64,000 bases of DNA from Lama guanicoe (taxonomy: Eukaryota). Both the position numbers and the translations under genes were made by a program. Under the pieces are notes generated by a model. It made no database searches, was not told the origin of the DNA, and saw nothing but the letters and a program-made list of their open reading frames with translations. This document shows positions 9,574 to 22,857 of this stretch, piece after piece. Positions within the stretch are counted from its first letter, which is position 1, and every line of letters begins with the position of its first letter. The DNA is taken from assembly GCA_013239625.1 (NCBI GenBank), contig MU053754.1, positions 1,221,966 through 1,285,965 of the forward strand, given 5' to 3'.

Positions 9574-11835
9574 CTACAGAAATAAAACCCCATACCTGAG
9601 GTGAAGTCAGTGCAAAAGGGAGACCAGAGGTGGAATCTGGATTGATTTATCAAGTGCAAAATGGAATGAGGACATGGATTTGGAACTGCAGATAAACTCC
9701 AGGTGCAGATACCCAAGGGCAAGATCGGCCTATAGAGCAGGACAAATAGGACAGACGCTTGTTTGGTGATGAAATAATCACATAAGTAGTGCCCACGTCA
9801 CAGGACTTCTCCAAAAGATCACAGCTTTGGAATATCAGAAATGGAGTTAAAGCTGTACTAACAGGTAGTAAATCTTCTTGAGGACTTATCTTTAAGGAAA
9901 TACAGAAAAACCTTGAGCACAGAGATTCTGCTCAGAATATTATTTATAATGGTAAAAAATGAGAAACAACCTAAACATAGAAAATAAAGGTATGGCTAAG
10001 TAAAGTACGGTTCCTCCGTTTGACAGGAAAGCACATAGAAAATAAATCAGCAACAATAATAAAAGCTAAGACAATAGGCGTGGTTCAGGGAAAACGCCTC
10101 AAACGTTAAGTAAAATGGCTTATATTAAGGTAATCTTTCAGATCTAGGCCCATCCTTTTGTTTACAGAGCCCAGATATCTTTAATAAGACAGGCTACCAG
10201 GGTACCAGTCCCTGGAGTTTTCGTAAAACTTTCTGGAAGATTTCTCAGGCTCTTCATATCAGTGACACAGGATTTTCAACCTGGCCACACGAGTGAGCCC
10301 TGCAGCGCTTTTTTCCAACCATGGGCTTACTCTGAGTTTCAGTGCATTACCCTTAGATTCAAGAGCAAATCAAAAAAGGATGGAATAATGTTACTCAGAA
10401 ACAGGGGTCTGGAAGTGGTTTCTACGTGTGTCTCATCCTCAGGCTCCATCCTTGAGACCTTGTTTCGTCCTGTTCCCGCCCCCTGCCGAGAACGCAGTCT
10501 ACCTTGGTTTGCCACCTCCTTCTCATTAGCTTTCTCAGGACCTGTTTGGTCTTTGAGCTACAGCCTCCTGGGAGTCACAAATACTGATTTCACTAAATTC
10601 ATTCATTTATTTCAAAAATAAGTATCTATTGTGTTCTGCACCTCCAAGCATTATGTGAACCACACACACACACACACACACATAGCCTCATCGTATTCTC
10701 CAAAGGCAAAGCTCAGAGTTACAAGGAGTTAAGCAATCCTGTGTGTTAACACAGGCAGCTTTCAGCAATGGGAGCAGAGCTGCGGTTGCAGAGGTAATGT
10801 ATCTTCCTCGACTTACAATGGGGCTGTGTCCCCTTCGCAGCTGAGCCCAGCCAACCTTAAATGTGCTCAGAACACTTAGTCTAGCCTGCAGTTGGACAAA
10901 ATCATCCAACAAAAAGTCTGTATTACACTGAAGTGTTCAACATCTCAGGTAATTTACTGGACACTGTGCTGAAAGTGAAAAACAGAACATCTGTGTGGGT
11001 GTGGGATAGCTGTCCACCCTTGTGACCAGGCGGCTGCTGGGGCGGTGAGGGGGATGGGGCAGTGAGGAGGATGGGGAACGGCAGCTCACGACCACTGCCC
11101 AGCATCACCAGAGGGCACCATACCCCATATCACCAGCCCAGGAAAGCATCAGAATTCAAAATTCGAAGTACACAATCTACTGAATGTGTATAGCTTTCGT
11201 GTCATCATAGGCCGAGACCATCCATCTTGTAAGACTGATCAGGGGAATAAAGGATTTCCTGCCCTCTCTGGGGAAGACTGGAATGGGATCCTGAACTCCT
11301 CGTGGGGGCAGAAATCTGGGCCCTGGAAATGGCAGCAGGCTGGGAAATGGAGAGAGAGAAAGGAGAGGCAGCTGGATTTGGGGAGCCTGGATGCATGAAC
11401 CATGATAAATGCACCAGTTTCCGGCACTGTACTTCTCTCCGGCCAGCCTGACACCTTCAGTGCTAGCTCATCCAGGACACGGATGAGGCTATGAGGATGT
11501 GAACCCAGGTGCAGGTATTGGCGTAGGCACAGGTGCAGACGTGCACGCAGATGCAGACGTACACACACATGTGGATGTCCGCGGTGTAGGTGAGGGCACA
11601 GATATATGGATAGAGAGGTAGATATGGAGCTGTACTTACAGATGTAGCTACGACTTTAGCTTTAGGTGCGGGGAAAGATGTAGATATAGTTGAAAAGTTA
11701 CAGTCATAGCCATAGACACAGAAAAGAAAAAGACAGCTTGAGAAATAGACGTGGCTGTAGAAGTAGCTGGAGGTGGAGATGTACAAAGAAACAGGTGGGG
11801 ACGTAACTAAAGACATGGAGCATCAGGGCTCATAC

Positions 11836-12055
11836 TCCTGGGTTCTTCGCACTGACAATCACCAACACACCGAAGTCGAACACCCAGAGCTGTCCCTGAA
11901 CCTCCGGGGATATCTCAAGCACCGTCATACCCGGCCCCTGACCCACATAAATTAGGCAGTGAGGAAGGCCAAGAGGAGCATCATGGTCTGCCCGGCACCT
12001 GCCTGCTTCATCGGCGCACATGGTCTCGTTTTCATAGATATGAAATAAGTATTTA
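11836..12055 (-). pseudogene. Duplicate of the signal-peptide exon (copy 2, inside the tandem duplication)
   Basis: Same sequence as 8496-8715 at offset +3340, including the apparent 1-nt frameshift. Confidence 0.55.
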
Positions 12056-14159
12056 CTGTAAAGCACAACATATGCCTCAAATTAGACTCTGTGGTCTCCG
12101 ATCTACCAGCTCTAATTAGTCATGATCGTCATTAGGTGAGAAAAGTGTCTCCTGTACGAACTTTCCAAGAATATTTAAACATAAGTCATTTAAAAGCATG
12201 TTAAAAATCAGGTACCCATGACAACTAGCTACCATACTGCAATATCTTTGTTTATACAGTGCCCGGGCGAAGAGTTTTATCATTATCTTAGTGTATTAAA
12301 TAATTTCATAATGATCTGTCACGTTCACTCTGCATTCACTTCAAAAGCTAATTTTAAATTTTTTGAGTATATATGTTTTAAACAATTAAGGCTAACATCA
12401 CTTTATAAAATATAAACCATGGCTACATGTTTATTTTACACCTTCTGTTGTCAGAGTAAATAGAGTTAGAAAAATATTCAAGCTAGTGTCTATTTTAAAT
12501 TCTAGAAAATCCAGATAATTCTAATTTCCAGTATATAGTGTAAAATCCTTTCTTAATGATTTTATGCTTAAAAATTGGTCATGTGGACACTTAAATATCG
12601 TAAATTCTACTGTACTGTCCTATGCTCTCCCAACTAATTCCAACAAAATTAAATGGGACACAATTTGTATTTTAAAAGGTAGGTACTCTATCAAAAAATT
12701 GAAATTCCTCCACCATTTTCTTTAGTGGTCTGCAGACAAGCCTTCCTTCTCTCGAGGACACACCTATACCCTCAGATTTGGGTCCTCCAGGGAAGGAAGC
12801 AGTGCGAGTGCTGGGTCTGAGCCCGGGGTCAAGGTGTAGCTGAGAGATGTCAATGACGGAGATGAAACGACAGTAATGACACAGAACACCAGAGCAGTAA
12901 GGCTGAAGGCTCTCTACAGAAATAAAACCCCATACCTGAGGTGAAGTCAGTGCAAAAGGGAGACCAGAGGTGGAATCTGGATTGATTTATCAAGTGCAAA
13001 ATGGAATGAGGACATGGATTTGGAACTGCAGATAAACTCCAGGTGCAGATACCCAAGGGCAAGATCGGCCTATAGAGCAGGACAAATAGGACAGACGCTT
13101 GTTTGGTGATGAAATAATCACATAAGTAGTGCCCACGTCACAGGACTTCTCCAAAAGATCACAGCTTTGGAATATCAGAAATGGAGTTAAAGCTGTACTA
13201 ACAGGTAGTAAATCTTCTTGAGGACTTATCTTTAAGGAAATACAGAAAAACCTTGAGCACAGAGATTCTGCTCAGAATATTATTTATAATGGTAAAAAAT
13301 GAGAAACAACCTAAACATAGAAAATAAAGGTATGGCTAAGTAAAGTACGGTTCCTCCGTTTGACAGGAAAGCACATAGAAAATAAATCAGCAACAATAAT
13401 AAAAGCTAAGACAATAGGCGTGGTTCAGGGAAAACGCCTCAAACGTTAAGTAAAATGGCTTATATTAAGGTAATCTTTCAGATCTAGGCCCATCCTTTTG
13501 TTTACAGAGCCCAGATATCTTTAATAAGACAGGCTACCAGGGTACCAGTCCCTGGAGTTTTCGTAAAACTTTCTGGAAGATTTCTCAGGCTCTTCATATC
13601 AGTGACACAGGATTTTCAACCTGGCCACACGAGTGAGCCCTGCAGCGCTTTTTTCCAACCATGGGCTTACTCTGAGTTTCAGTGCATTACCCTTAGATTC
13701 AAGAGCAAATCAAAAAAGGATGGAATAATGTTACTCAGAAACAGGGGTCTGAAAGTGGTTTCTACGTGTGTCTCATCCTCAGGCTCCATTCTTGAGACCT
13801 TGTTTCGTCCTGTTCCCGCCCCCTGCCGAGAACGCAGTCTACCTTGGTTTGCCACCTCCTTCTCATTAGCTTTCTCAGGACCTGTTTGGTCTTTGAGCCA
13901 CAGCCTCCTGGGAGTCACAAATACTGATTTCACTAAATTCATTCATTTATTTCAAAAATAAGTATCTATTGTGTTCTGCACCTCCAAGCATTATGTGAAC
14001 CACACACACACACACACACACACATATGTCATCCAGGGCAGCTGCCACGTCATCAGGGATACAGGCATGGAACACACGAATGACTGCACAGTCACGATTA
14101 AGACAACGGCCACTGAAGAAATAGACAGGGACCCTGGAGACGATTTCAGAGCTGGCGCT

Positions 14160-14600
14160 GGTTAAGCAGAGCTCTCAGAGAAACAGATCCCAAGGCAAAG
14201 GTTCTGCCACAGGTGGTTTATTTGGAGGGACTGGGACTCTGGCTAGGGGGAGGACAGGTGGGACAGGGAAGGAAAGGCAGCCCACGGAAGAGATGCTGTT
14301 AAGCTAGCTCTCACGGCTAGTGACTGGACCTTAACCCATCAGCAAAATGTGGAGAGTGGTGCAAGAAGCCACTTCTGGCATTATCTCACCCCAGGAGTGA
14401 GGCAGCTGGGGTATTATACTGCATAACAACTTGCATCTGTCATCTGGGGAAGATGCTTCCCGGGGGAGTGTTAACTCCCCGGTGCCTTGGGGCCCACAGC
14501 ACACACAGGCAGGTCAGCCTTCCATGGTCCTGGAAGTTACAGGCACAGGGAGATGGCTAGGGTCCCTGAGATTTGAGTCATGTGTGGACAGCATCTGCTA
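14160..14600 (-). mobile_element. LTR16-family ERVL LTR
   Basis: tggtttatttggaggg...acagggaaggaaaggcagcc...gcagctggggtattata...gttaactccccgg resembles recalled LTR16, reversed. Confidence 0.7.
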
Positions 14601-16649
14601 CTGGTCATAATCTCATTGTATGAGGACTGTACTGACAAAAAACAACTTAAGCTGGAGGAAAGTCTTAACAGAAATAGATCTGAGTACATATAACCAGGGC
14701 TGCTTCTTCAGAAGAACAGAGATGTCAGTGCAGCCAGAATACACAGCAGAGCAATTGGCACAAGTAATGTGCTTCAGGACCTCCAAATCCATATGGAGAG
14801 TGAGGATGGGGCAGGGGGTATGGCCAGGGCACAGCTGTGGATGACAGCACTGAGCTCCCTTCATGTAAACGAGGCTGAAGAAGTCCTGCCAGTTGGCCAC
14901 TGCAGATACGTCTGACACAGCATCCTGCCCCAGCTAACAGCACTTCACTAATCCCAGGACTAAATAACACACGGCATGACCACAGGGCACAGTATGAGGC
15001 TGCCCACCTCCAGCACGCACAGAGCCCTCATTTATTACCCTTAGGTTCCCTGGCAAGCTCGCCTCGGTCCACACGCATCCCTGAACTCAGCACTGTGGAG
15101 CCACATCAGACAGATGCTTCCAAGACGTCTCTGTCATTCAAGACCAAAGGTTTTGGCTCCAGCTGTAGGCTCTATTTTGTCTCATCAGGGATCCAAGACT
15201 GCAGTGGATTTCCAAGCATATTTTAAAATTTTCAGACACTCCCAAACTGCATTTATGAGAACAGTAAACCTTAAAACAATTCTAACTTTTAAAAGATTAG
15301 TATCAAAACAGAGACCAGTTACTCAGAAAATGTGTGAAGCACTGATTCTCTGATCTATATCACAAACATGCTTCCATATCCATACACAGTATCTGTGGAT
15401 TTCAACACATTACATGCCTACATCTCATTTTCTTCTTCTGTAAAGTTCCATCTAATAGGATTATAAAAGATTAAATGAGTTAATTGCTCAGCAACAGTGC
15501 TTGGCAAAGAGAAAACAGCCTATAAATGTTAGTTGGTATTGCCATTGTTAATTTATAAAAGATGACTGTATAATTTTATGGTCCAGACCTGGAGCCTTTT
15601 ACTAGCAAAAGTGGAAGCTGGTACTCATTACACCAGGACTGCAGGCATAAAGCTGGACCGTTCCAGGAAAGGCGGGATATGCGGTCTCCACAGACACAGT
15701 CAACATGCTGTGGGTGTAAGCAGTTCTCACCATCATCTCAGCTGAAATCAGCTATGCCTCACGGTCAGAAGGCTGACTCCCGATTTACACAGTTGTATCA
15801 GTGACCCTTGTGGGGCTGGCAGTAGCTAGAAAACAATGCAAGACAGTTGAGAACACTGTTCCATAAGAACCCTAAACCTCTCCTCCAGTACCAGTTCCTT
15901 TGTTGAAGATGCACGGTTGAGCAAAACAGAGTGTTTTGCAATTAAACATCTTTTCTGCAAAAATGCCTCCTCTCCACATAGACGAATATTGAAAGGCTAT
16001 TACTTGTCCAACCACCAACCATTCCAAAGTATCTCAATGGCATGAGTTTGTTGAACAGCAGAGGTATGGAGACTGACCAGGTTAGGGTGCAGTAGAGAAA
16101 GCCTGATAGCATTAATAAAATCATGCATTGACGGAGGAAGCCCTATCTTACAGGTTTCCCCTTAAATGTATCAAACAAAGACTCTGAGCTTTCACAAAAT
16201 GTTCTAATTCCTGACCCTTTTCTAAACGCCCTTGATGTTGAAGAAGAATTTCAAAGTCTTTGAATAGGTTTCCTGACCATCTGCTTCGAAAGCGTGCGTG
16301 TGATCTCTCGTCACTTCTGTGTCTGATATCTGTCCTCTGTGTCTTGACCCAACCTCCAAGCTGATCCTCTTGCTACACATTATCAGCAAACAACTGCAGG
16401 ACATGAAAAATCCTGTAGTGGTGGTAAAAGCCAGATGCCGTGGGAGCAAAGATGTCGGGCTCTGGTCTGCTGTGAAATGCAACCCCTTCTCAGATCCCCT
16501 TCCCCTGGCTGTGCCTTTGGGCACACATCAGCCTCTCTTGGGTGGACCCCAGGAGCAGAATTGCTGGGATGTGGGGGAGACACTCACCACTCCCCAAGCT
16601 GTCTGCAAACTGCTCACCCACACTGGCCTTGCCCACACCACACTGTCCG

Positions 16650-17820
16650 GTTCAGAAATTTTCTCACTCTGAATGATGTAGAAATGTATCTCATTTTGAT
16701 TTCAATTTGCATTTTCCTAAATACTATCTATCTTGAGCATCTTTTCAAGTTCTTATCACTATTCCACATGATTGTTGTTACTGCTAATTTACGTACTTTG
16801 ATGAATTTTCCATTCAAGGTCTTTAACCATTTTCCCTTTGATCTCTTTGTCATTTTTCCAGTTGATGTGCTGGCTTTTCATATCCTGACCAATAATCCCT
16901 TGGTGTGCTGTAGACACATGACAGAGATAATCAGACAGAGACAGAGGTAAGACAGAGAGGGAGGGAGTGTGGCGGGCTGGGGATGGATCCTGTGCAGACA
17001 GCAGACATCTTCATCTACTGTGCCCTGTACCTTTAATGTTAAAAATTTATGGTGACATGTTATGTAAACATTTTAGATTTTGATAAAAATATATTTATCT
17101 CTCTTTTGTTAGTGAGTTTGGTTTTTGCATGTGGCTTAAAAATTTTGCTTTTCACCCTAAAATTATAAAGATATCAAACAGTTTCATTCAAATATTTTCA
17201 AAGCTTCACTTTTCATCTTTAGGTCTTAACCTGTCTCCATCTAAGCTGAGACAGATACCTCATTTTTAAATTTTTTCCTAGAAGGAAAGACAGTTGTCAC
17301 CACAGTTTCCTGAATTCAAATACATGAAAGGGTATATATTTGTGGGTCAGTTTCTAGACCCCAAATCCATGATTTCAGCTCTCTGCAAAAATCTTGACTT
17401 TAAATTATGAAGGAACCCCTTATTTTGTCCTTATTTTTTTGAATTTTCACTATCATTTTGGTTATTCTGGGAAGACTGCTATTATTCGTGTATTTATGCA
17501 TACTTGCCAAATAACAACCAAACAAAACGAACTTACTGGGATTTTTATTGAATGCTCTTTGCACTTATTCACCTCCTTCTGGAGAATCAATATCAGTGTT
17601 ATAAAATCTATCCATTAAATAACTTACATTCATTCTGTTTCCTGGGTCTCTCTACATTGTTTAGCACTCTTGTCATTTTTCTCTACGCAGAATTCATAGC
17701 TCTTTTGTCTGGTAAATTCCGAGGTACGTTATAGGCCCTGTCATCACCGTGGATGAGATCGTTTTCCTCTCACTTGTACTAATCTGGGTAGTTCTGGCGC
17801 AGCAGAACGCCAGTGCTTTC
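16650..17820 (-). mobile_element. Old L1M fragments (partly duplicated at 19412-20290)
   Basis: tatctcattttgatttcaatttgcattttcct...ttgagcatcttttca...tactgggatttttattgaa, L1 ORF2 antisense text. Confidence 0.7.
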
Positions 17821-17830
17821 CCTCTGCAGG

Positions 17831-18955
17831 ACTGAATAAAAGTGCATAACTAAGAACTGTCAGGTAGAATTTTATTCAGCATGTTTAGCTGCGGGTTTTA
17901 TTCAAGACCCTTCTTGGAGGCACTGAATTTTAAAAGGCCTGAGTCAACCCACAGACACGTAAAATGACACACTACACAACGTATCTGAGAGGTTAAAACA
18001 AGCACACAGGTGCTGAGCCCAAGCAGAGTTGAGAAAAGGAACAAACTGGTTGATCTCGTTAGCAAAACCCACGTGGAACAGGTACTTCATCTCGGAATTT
18101 GAACTGAAATACATAGTGAAGTTTGGGCATCCATTTAAGAAGCTCTGGAATAAGTAAATACTTCACAATTTCCCCCTATTTTAAGGCCAATTACAACCTA
18201 ACAATATATATTTTTTAAACCTGGAAAATGGCCCTTAACTTTCTGATTCTTACACATCATAGTCAACTCACTTTAAGTGACATGTGTACATGTCTTTGCA
18301 TAAACCTATGAAAAACACCATTTTGAATGCAACTATGGGGATTGAAGCCTATTGCTTAGGACCTGAATTCTGGCTGTGCTTGGGTATGTGCACATGAGAC
18401 TGTGCTCAAGGGAGGGTGTGCACACAAACCAAGAGAATCTTTCAGTGTCTAGTGTTTTCAGCCACAGCTCCCTGTGATCTGGTCCCTGGAGCCACAGCTC
18501 AGGAAGCCCCCAGTCTGGTGAGGGGAATTTGTGGGAAGTGGGCTCCTGGAGTGAGTCCCCACAGAGACAGGCCGGAGGCCCACACGCCTTTGCTGAGAAG
18601 CCTTCTGTCAAAGAGAGTTCAGCGGACCACGAGGTGGAGGAGAGAGAGGGGTGGAGGACAGGCTACAGAGGGTGCAGATGAGGGGATGCTGCCCAGTCTG
18701 GTCCAGGGCACACCTGCTTGAGTGTTTGGTTCACTTAGTGACAGGAGGGACAGATTGTGACCTTGGCAGTTGTTTCATGGTTGAATGGGGAGTCAACAGG
18801 CAATGTTCACACTATTGGCCACAGTATCAGCATTTAAGCTCTGTTCTGCCACTCAGTATTGTTTTGTTTGTTTGTTTTAACTGCCTGAACTTCTACTTAG
18901 AAAATGTTCCTCAGTTTTCTCTCTGTGTACCTACAGCACTTTCCCTTAAATTAAC
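17831..18955 (+). repeat. Inverted repeat arm A (second copy, arm B, at 20301-21333)
   Basis: Reverse complement of 31795-32944; ORF 18651..18968(+) and ORF 31800..32114(-) give near-identical peptides. Confidence 0.95.
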
Positions 18956-18989
18956 AAATGCATCATAACCAACTCTGCAATTTCTTCAG

Positions 18990-19375
18990 TTTTATTTTTT
19001 GGTGATCTCCTCTTTAGCAACCTTCTAGTGTCGACTAATCCAGAATTCAATCATCAGCTCCCTTTTCTGTTTCTAAGTTCTCTTGCCACAAATTTACCTC
19101 CAATGGTTTAAATATCACCTAAATAATGCTATTCAAACTTGTGCCTCCAAATCTGGAATGTTGGCCTGATGTCTAGATTGATTATCCAACTGCCTATTTA
19201 ACATCTTCACTTGAAAGCCCAAAAATGTACACTTACTCTAGTTTTTCCCTATTTCTATAAATATCATCATTATCCATCTTTCCAGTTGCTCAAGCAACTC
19301 ACAAGCCGTCCTCGATCTAGCCTTTTACTTCCCACCCCATCTGTCTGGGAGTCCTATACTTTCTACCTCTAATGA
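18990..19375 (+). mobile_element. L2 fragment (duplicate at ~21368-21753)
   Basis: atggtttaaatatcaccta...tatccaactgcctatttaacatcttcacttg...ccagttgctcaagc. Confidence 0.7.
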
Positions 19376-21879
19376 AGGATTTTCCACCTGCCACTCAGCA
19401 TGTGAGCTTTTCAGAGGTAAGACAGAGAGGGAGGGAGTGTGGCGGGCTGGGGATGGATCCTGTGCAGACAGCAGACATCTTCATCTACTGTGCCCTGTAC
19501 CTTTAATGTTAAAAATTTATGGTGACATGTTATGTAAACATTTTAGATTTTGATAAAAATATATTTATCTCTCTTTTGTTAGTGAGTTTGGTTTTTGCAT
19601 GTGGCTTAAAAATTTTGCTTTTCACCCTAAAATTATAAAGACATCAAACAGTTTTATTCAAATATTTTCAAAGCTTCACTTTTCATCTTTAGGTCTTAAC
19701 CTGTCTCCATCTAAGCTGAGACAGATACCTCATTTTTAAATTTTTTCCTAGAAGGAAAGACAGTTGTCACCACAGTTTCCTGAATTCAAATACATGAAAG
19801 GGTATATATTTGTGGGTCAGTTTCTAGACCCCAAATCCATGATTTCAGCTCTCTGCAAAAATCTTGACTTTAAATTATGAAGGAACCCCTTATTTTGTCC
19901 TTATTTTTTTGAATTTTCACTATCATTTTGGTTATTCTGGGAAGACTGCTATTATTCGTGTATTTATGCATACTTGCCAAATAACAACCAAACAAAACGA
20001 ACTTACTGGGATTTTTATTGAATGCTCTTTGCACTTATTCACCTCCTTCTGGAGAATCAATATCAGTGTTATAAAATCTATCCATTAAATAACTTACATT
20101 CATTCTGTTTCCTGGGTCTCTCTACATTGTTTAGCACTCTTGTCATTTTTCTCTACGCAGAATTCATAGCTCTTTTGTCTGGTAAATTCCGAGGTACGTT
20201 ATAGGCCCTGTCATCACCGTGGATGAGATCGTTTTCCTCTCACTTGTACTAATCTGGGTAGTTCTGGCGCAGCAGAACGCCAGTGCTTTCCCTCTGCAGG
20301 ACTGAATAAAAGTGCATAACTAAGAACTGTCAGGTAGAATTTTATTCAGCATGTTTAGCTGCGGGTTTTATTCAAGACCCTTCTTGGAGGCGCTGAATTT
20401 TAAAAGGCCTGAGTCAACCCACAGACAGGTAAAATGACACACTACACGACGTATCTGAGAGGTTAAAACAAGCACACAGGTGCTGAGCCCAAGCAGAGTT
20501 GAGAAAAGGAACAAACTGGTTGATCTCGTTAGCAAAACCCACGTGGAACAGGTACTTCATCTCGGAATTTGAACTGAAATACATAGTGAAGTTTGGGCAT
20601 CCATTTAAGAAGCTCTGGAATAAGTAAATACTTCACAATTTCCCCCTATTTTAAGGCCAATTACAACCTAACAATATATATTTTTTAAACCTGGAAAATG
20701 GCCCTTAACTTTCTGATTCTTACACATCATAGTCAACTCACTTTAAGTGACATGTGTACATGTCTTTGCATAAACCTATGAAAAACACCATTTTGAATGC
20801 AACTATGGGGATTGAAGCCTATTGCTTAGGACCTGAATTCTGGCTGTGCTTGGGTATGTGCACATGAGACTGTGCTCAAGGGAGGGTGTGCACACAAACC
20901 AAGAGAATCTTTCAGTGTCTAGTGTTTTCAGCCACAGCTCCCTGTGATCTGGTCCCTGGAGCCACAGCTCAGGAAGCCCCCAGTCTGGTGAGGGGAATTT
21001 GTGGGAAGTGGGCTCCTGGAGTGAGTCCCCACAGAGACAGGCGGGAGGCCCACACGCCTTTGCTGAGAAGCCTTCTGTCAAAGAGAGGTCAGCGGACCAC
21101 AAGGTGGAGGAGAGAGAGGGGTGGAGGACAGGCTACAGAGGGTGCAGACGAGGGGATGCTGTCCAGTCTGGTCCACGGCACACCTGCTTGATATTGGCCA
21201 CGTATCAGCATTTAAGCTCTGTTCTGCCACTCAGTATTGTTTTGTTTGTTTGTTTTAACTGCCTGAACTTCTACTTAGAAAATGTTCCTCAGTTTTCTCT
21301 CTGTGTACCTACAGCACTTTCCCTTAAATTAACAAATGCATCATAACCAACTCTGCAATTTCTTCAGTTTTATTTTTTGGTGATCTCCTCTTTAGCAACC
21401 TTCTAGTGTCGACTAATCCAGAATTCAATCATCAGCTCCCTTTTCTGTTTCTAAGTTCTCTTGCCACAAATTTACCTCCAATGGTTTAAATATCACCTAA
21501 ATAATGCTATTCAAACTTGTGCCTCCAAATCTGGAATGTTGGCCTGATGTCTAGATTGATTATCCAACTGCCTATTTAACATCTTCACTTGAAAGCCCAA
21601 AAATGTACACTTACTCTAGTTTTTCCCTATTTCTATAAATATCATCATTATCCATCTTTCCAGTTGCTCAAGCAACTCACAAGCCGTCCTCGATGTAGCC
21701 TTTTACTTCCCACCCCATCTGTCTGGGAGTCCTATACTTTCTACCTCTAATGAAGGATTTTCCACCTGCCACTCAGCATGTGAGCTTTTCCTTGGGTGTC
21801 CTCACACATAAACATACCCATATAAACACACAGGACATTATGTAGTATTTATGATTTCACATGTAGAAATGTGTGGGTT

Positions 21880-22857
21880 GTGTGTGCACTAGTCGTCTAC
21901 TGTTATATAACAAATACCACAAAACTCAGGGATGAAGGCAACAAACACTGACTGCCTCACAGATTCTGTGCAAGGTTGTGACCACAGTGGGATCTGCTTC
22001 CAGCCTCCCTCAGGTGGTGGTTTGCAGGGTTCAGCTCCTCCCTGGCTGTTGAGCCAAGGATGCCCCTATTTCCTTACTCCACAGGGCAGCCCACAATATG
22101 GCAACTTGCTTCACCAGAGCAAGCTAGCAAGGGGAGCCAAAACCAAGAGAAAGAGCATGGACGCTAGACAGATGTCACAGTCCTTCACACCTTAATCGTG
22201 AAGTGACATTCGTCACTCCTGCTCTATCCTATTTGTTAGCAGTAAGTTCTGTCCACTAGATGTGGACAACACTCAAGGGGAAGGGGTTACAAGGGGACAC
22301 AAATACTGATCTAAAAGACCATCATGTGCCCCTCAGCTTGATTAAATGGAGGCCGACTTCTTCCTGACTCTAGGCCCCTGACCTCCCTTTTCTTAGAGCA
22401 GTCCCTTTAGAAAACTGAAATTGCAAATTCCTTCTCTGGTCCTTAAAGATGTTCACTTTCTTCTAGCCTCTGGCCAGTTTCACAACCCAGGAAAGTCTTT
22501 CTGGAGTGCTTGGGAGCCTCCATATGAAATGGAATCCTCAGGGAAGACAGAGCCCCTATCTCCCAGTCTCTGTAGGAGGGCAGGAGCCTAACTGCTACCA
22601 CTCAGCAAAGGCAGACGGCCTCATCACATCGAGCAAGCTCCCCCCAACATCCTCTAGTCCTTTTCAGTGAGCTCACTCCAGGACTTAAAATCTCTCTCAT
22701 GTTGTTTCAGTGGAGTTGAATTCAGTCTCTCTCCCCTATCGCAATAGTCTTAAATAAGTTCTTCCCTGCCACTTAAAAAAAATGTCTGGTGCAATTTTTC
22801 CTTTAAAACAGGAGGAGATAGGGATCACAAGAGGGCAATTTTGAAGGTGCTTACCAT
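21880..22857 (-). mobile_element. MLT1F-like LTR interrupted by a MER34-like LTR
   Basis: tactgttatataacaaataccacaaaactc...cactcaaggggaaggggttac...aatac; the MLT1 text resumes as ggagg...ggatca after 22810. Confidence 0.7.
22307..22810 (+). mobile_element. MER34-like ERV1 solo LTR
   Basis: tg...cttcttcctgactctaggcccctgacctcccttttcttagagc...ggagttgaattcagtctctctcccctatcgcaatagtcttaaataa...aaca. Confidence 0.75.

Larger units (their letters stand above)
7344..14026 (+). repeat. Tandem duplication, 3340-bp period (copy 1 7344-10683, copy 2 10684-14026)
   Basis: Direct comparison; the ORF track also repeats at +3340. Substitutions spotted at 7598, 9182, 9426, 10412, 10450, 10559, plus (CA)11 versus (CA)12. 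Confidence 0.97.
16942..21790 (+). repeat. Tandem duplication, 2470-bp period (copy A 16942-19411; copy B 19412-21790, 92 bp shorter)
   Basis: Direct comparison. Copy B lacks 18722-18812 (91 bp) and one base at 18823; about 12 substitutions spotted. Confidence 0.97.

Noticed and set aside
10007..10022. 16-bp exact match acggttcctccgtttg, also at 44488-44503
   Set aside because: About one such match is expected by chance in 64 kb; the flanks do not align.
15981..16062. Plus-strand exon-like segment (ccacatag| ... gag|gtatgg; TNIERLLLVQPPTIPKY...)
   Set aside because: Isolated, with no supporting neighbours or recognisable peptide; likely a pseudo-exon.
18416..18968. Near-identical ORFs in three places (18416-18968, 20886-21346, 31800-32313) suggesting a gene family
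   Set aside because: Explained by the duplication and inverted repeat; non-ATG starts, frames broken between copies, no coding signature.
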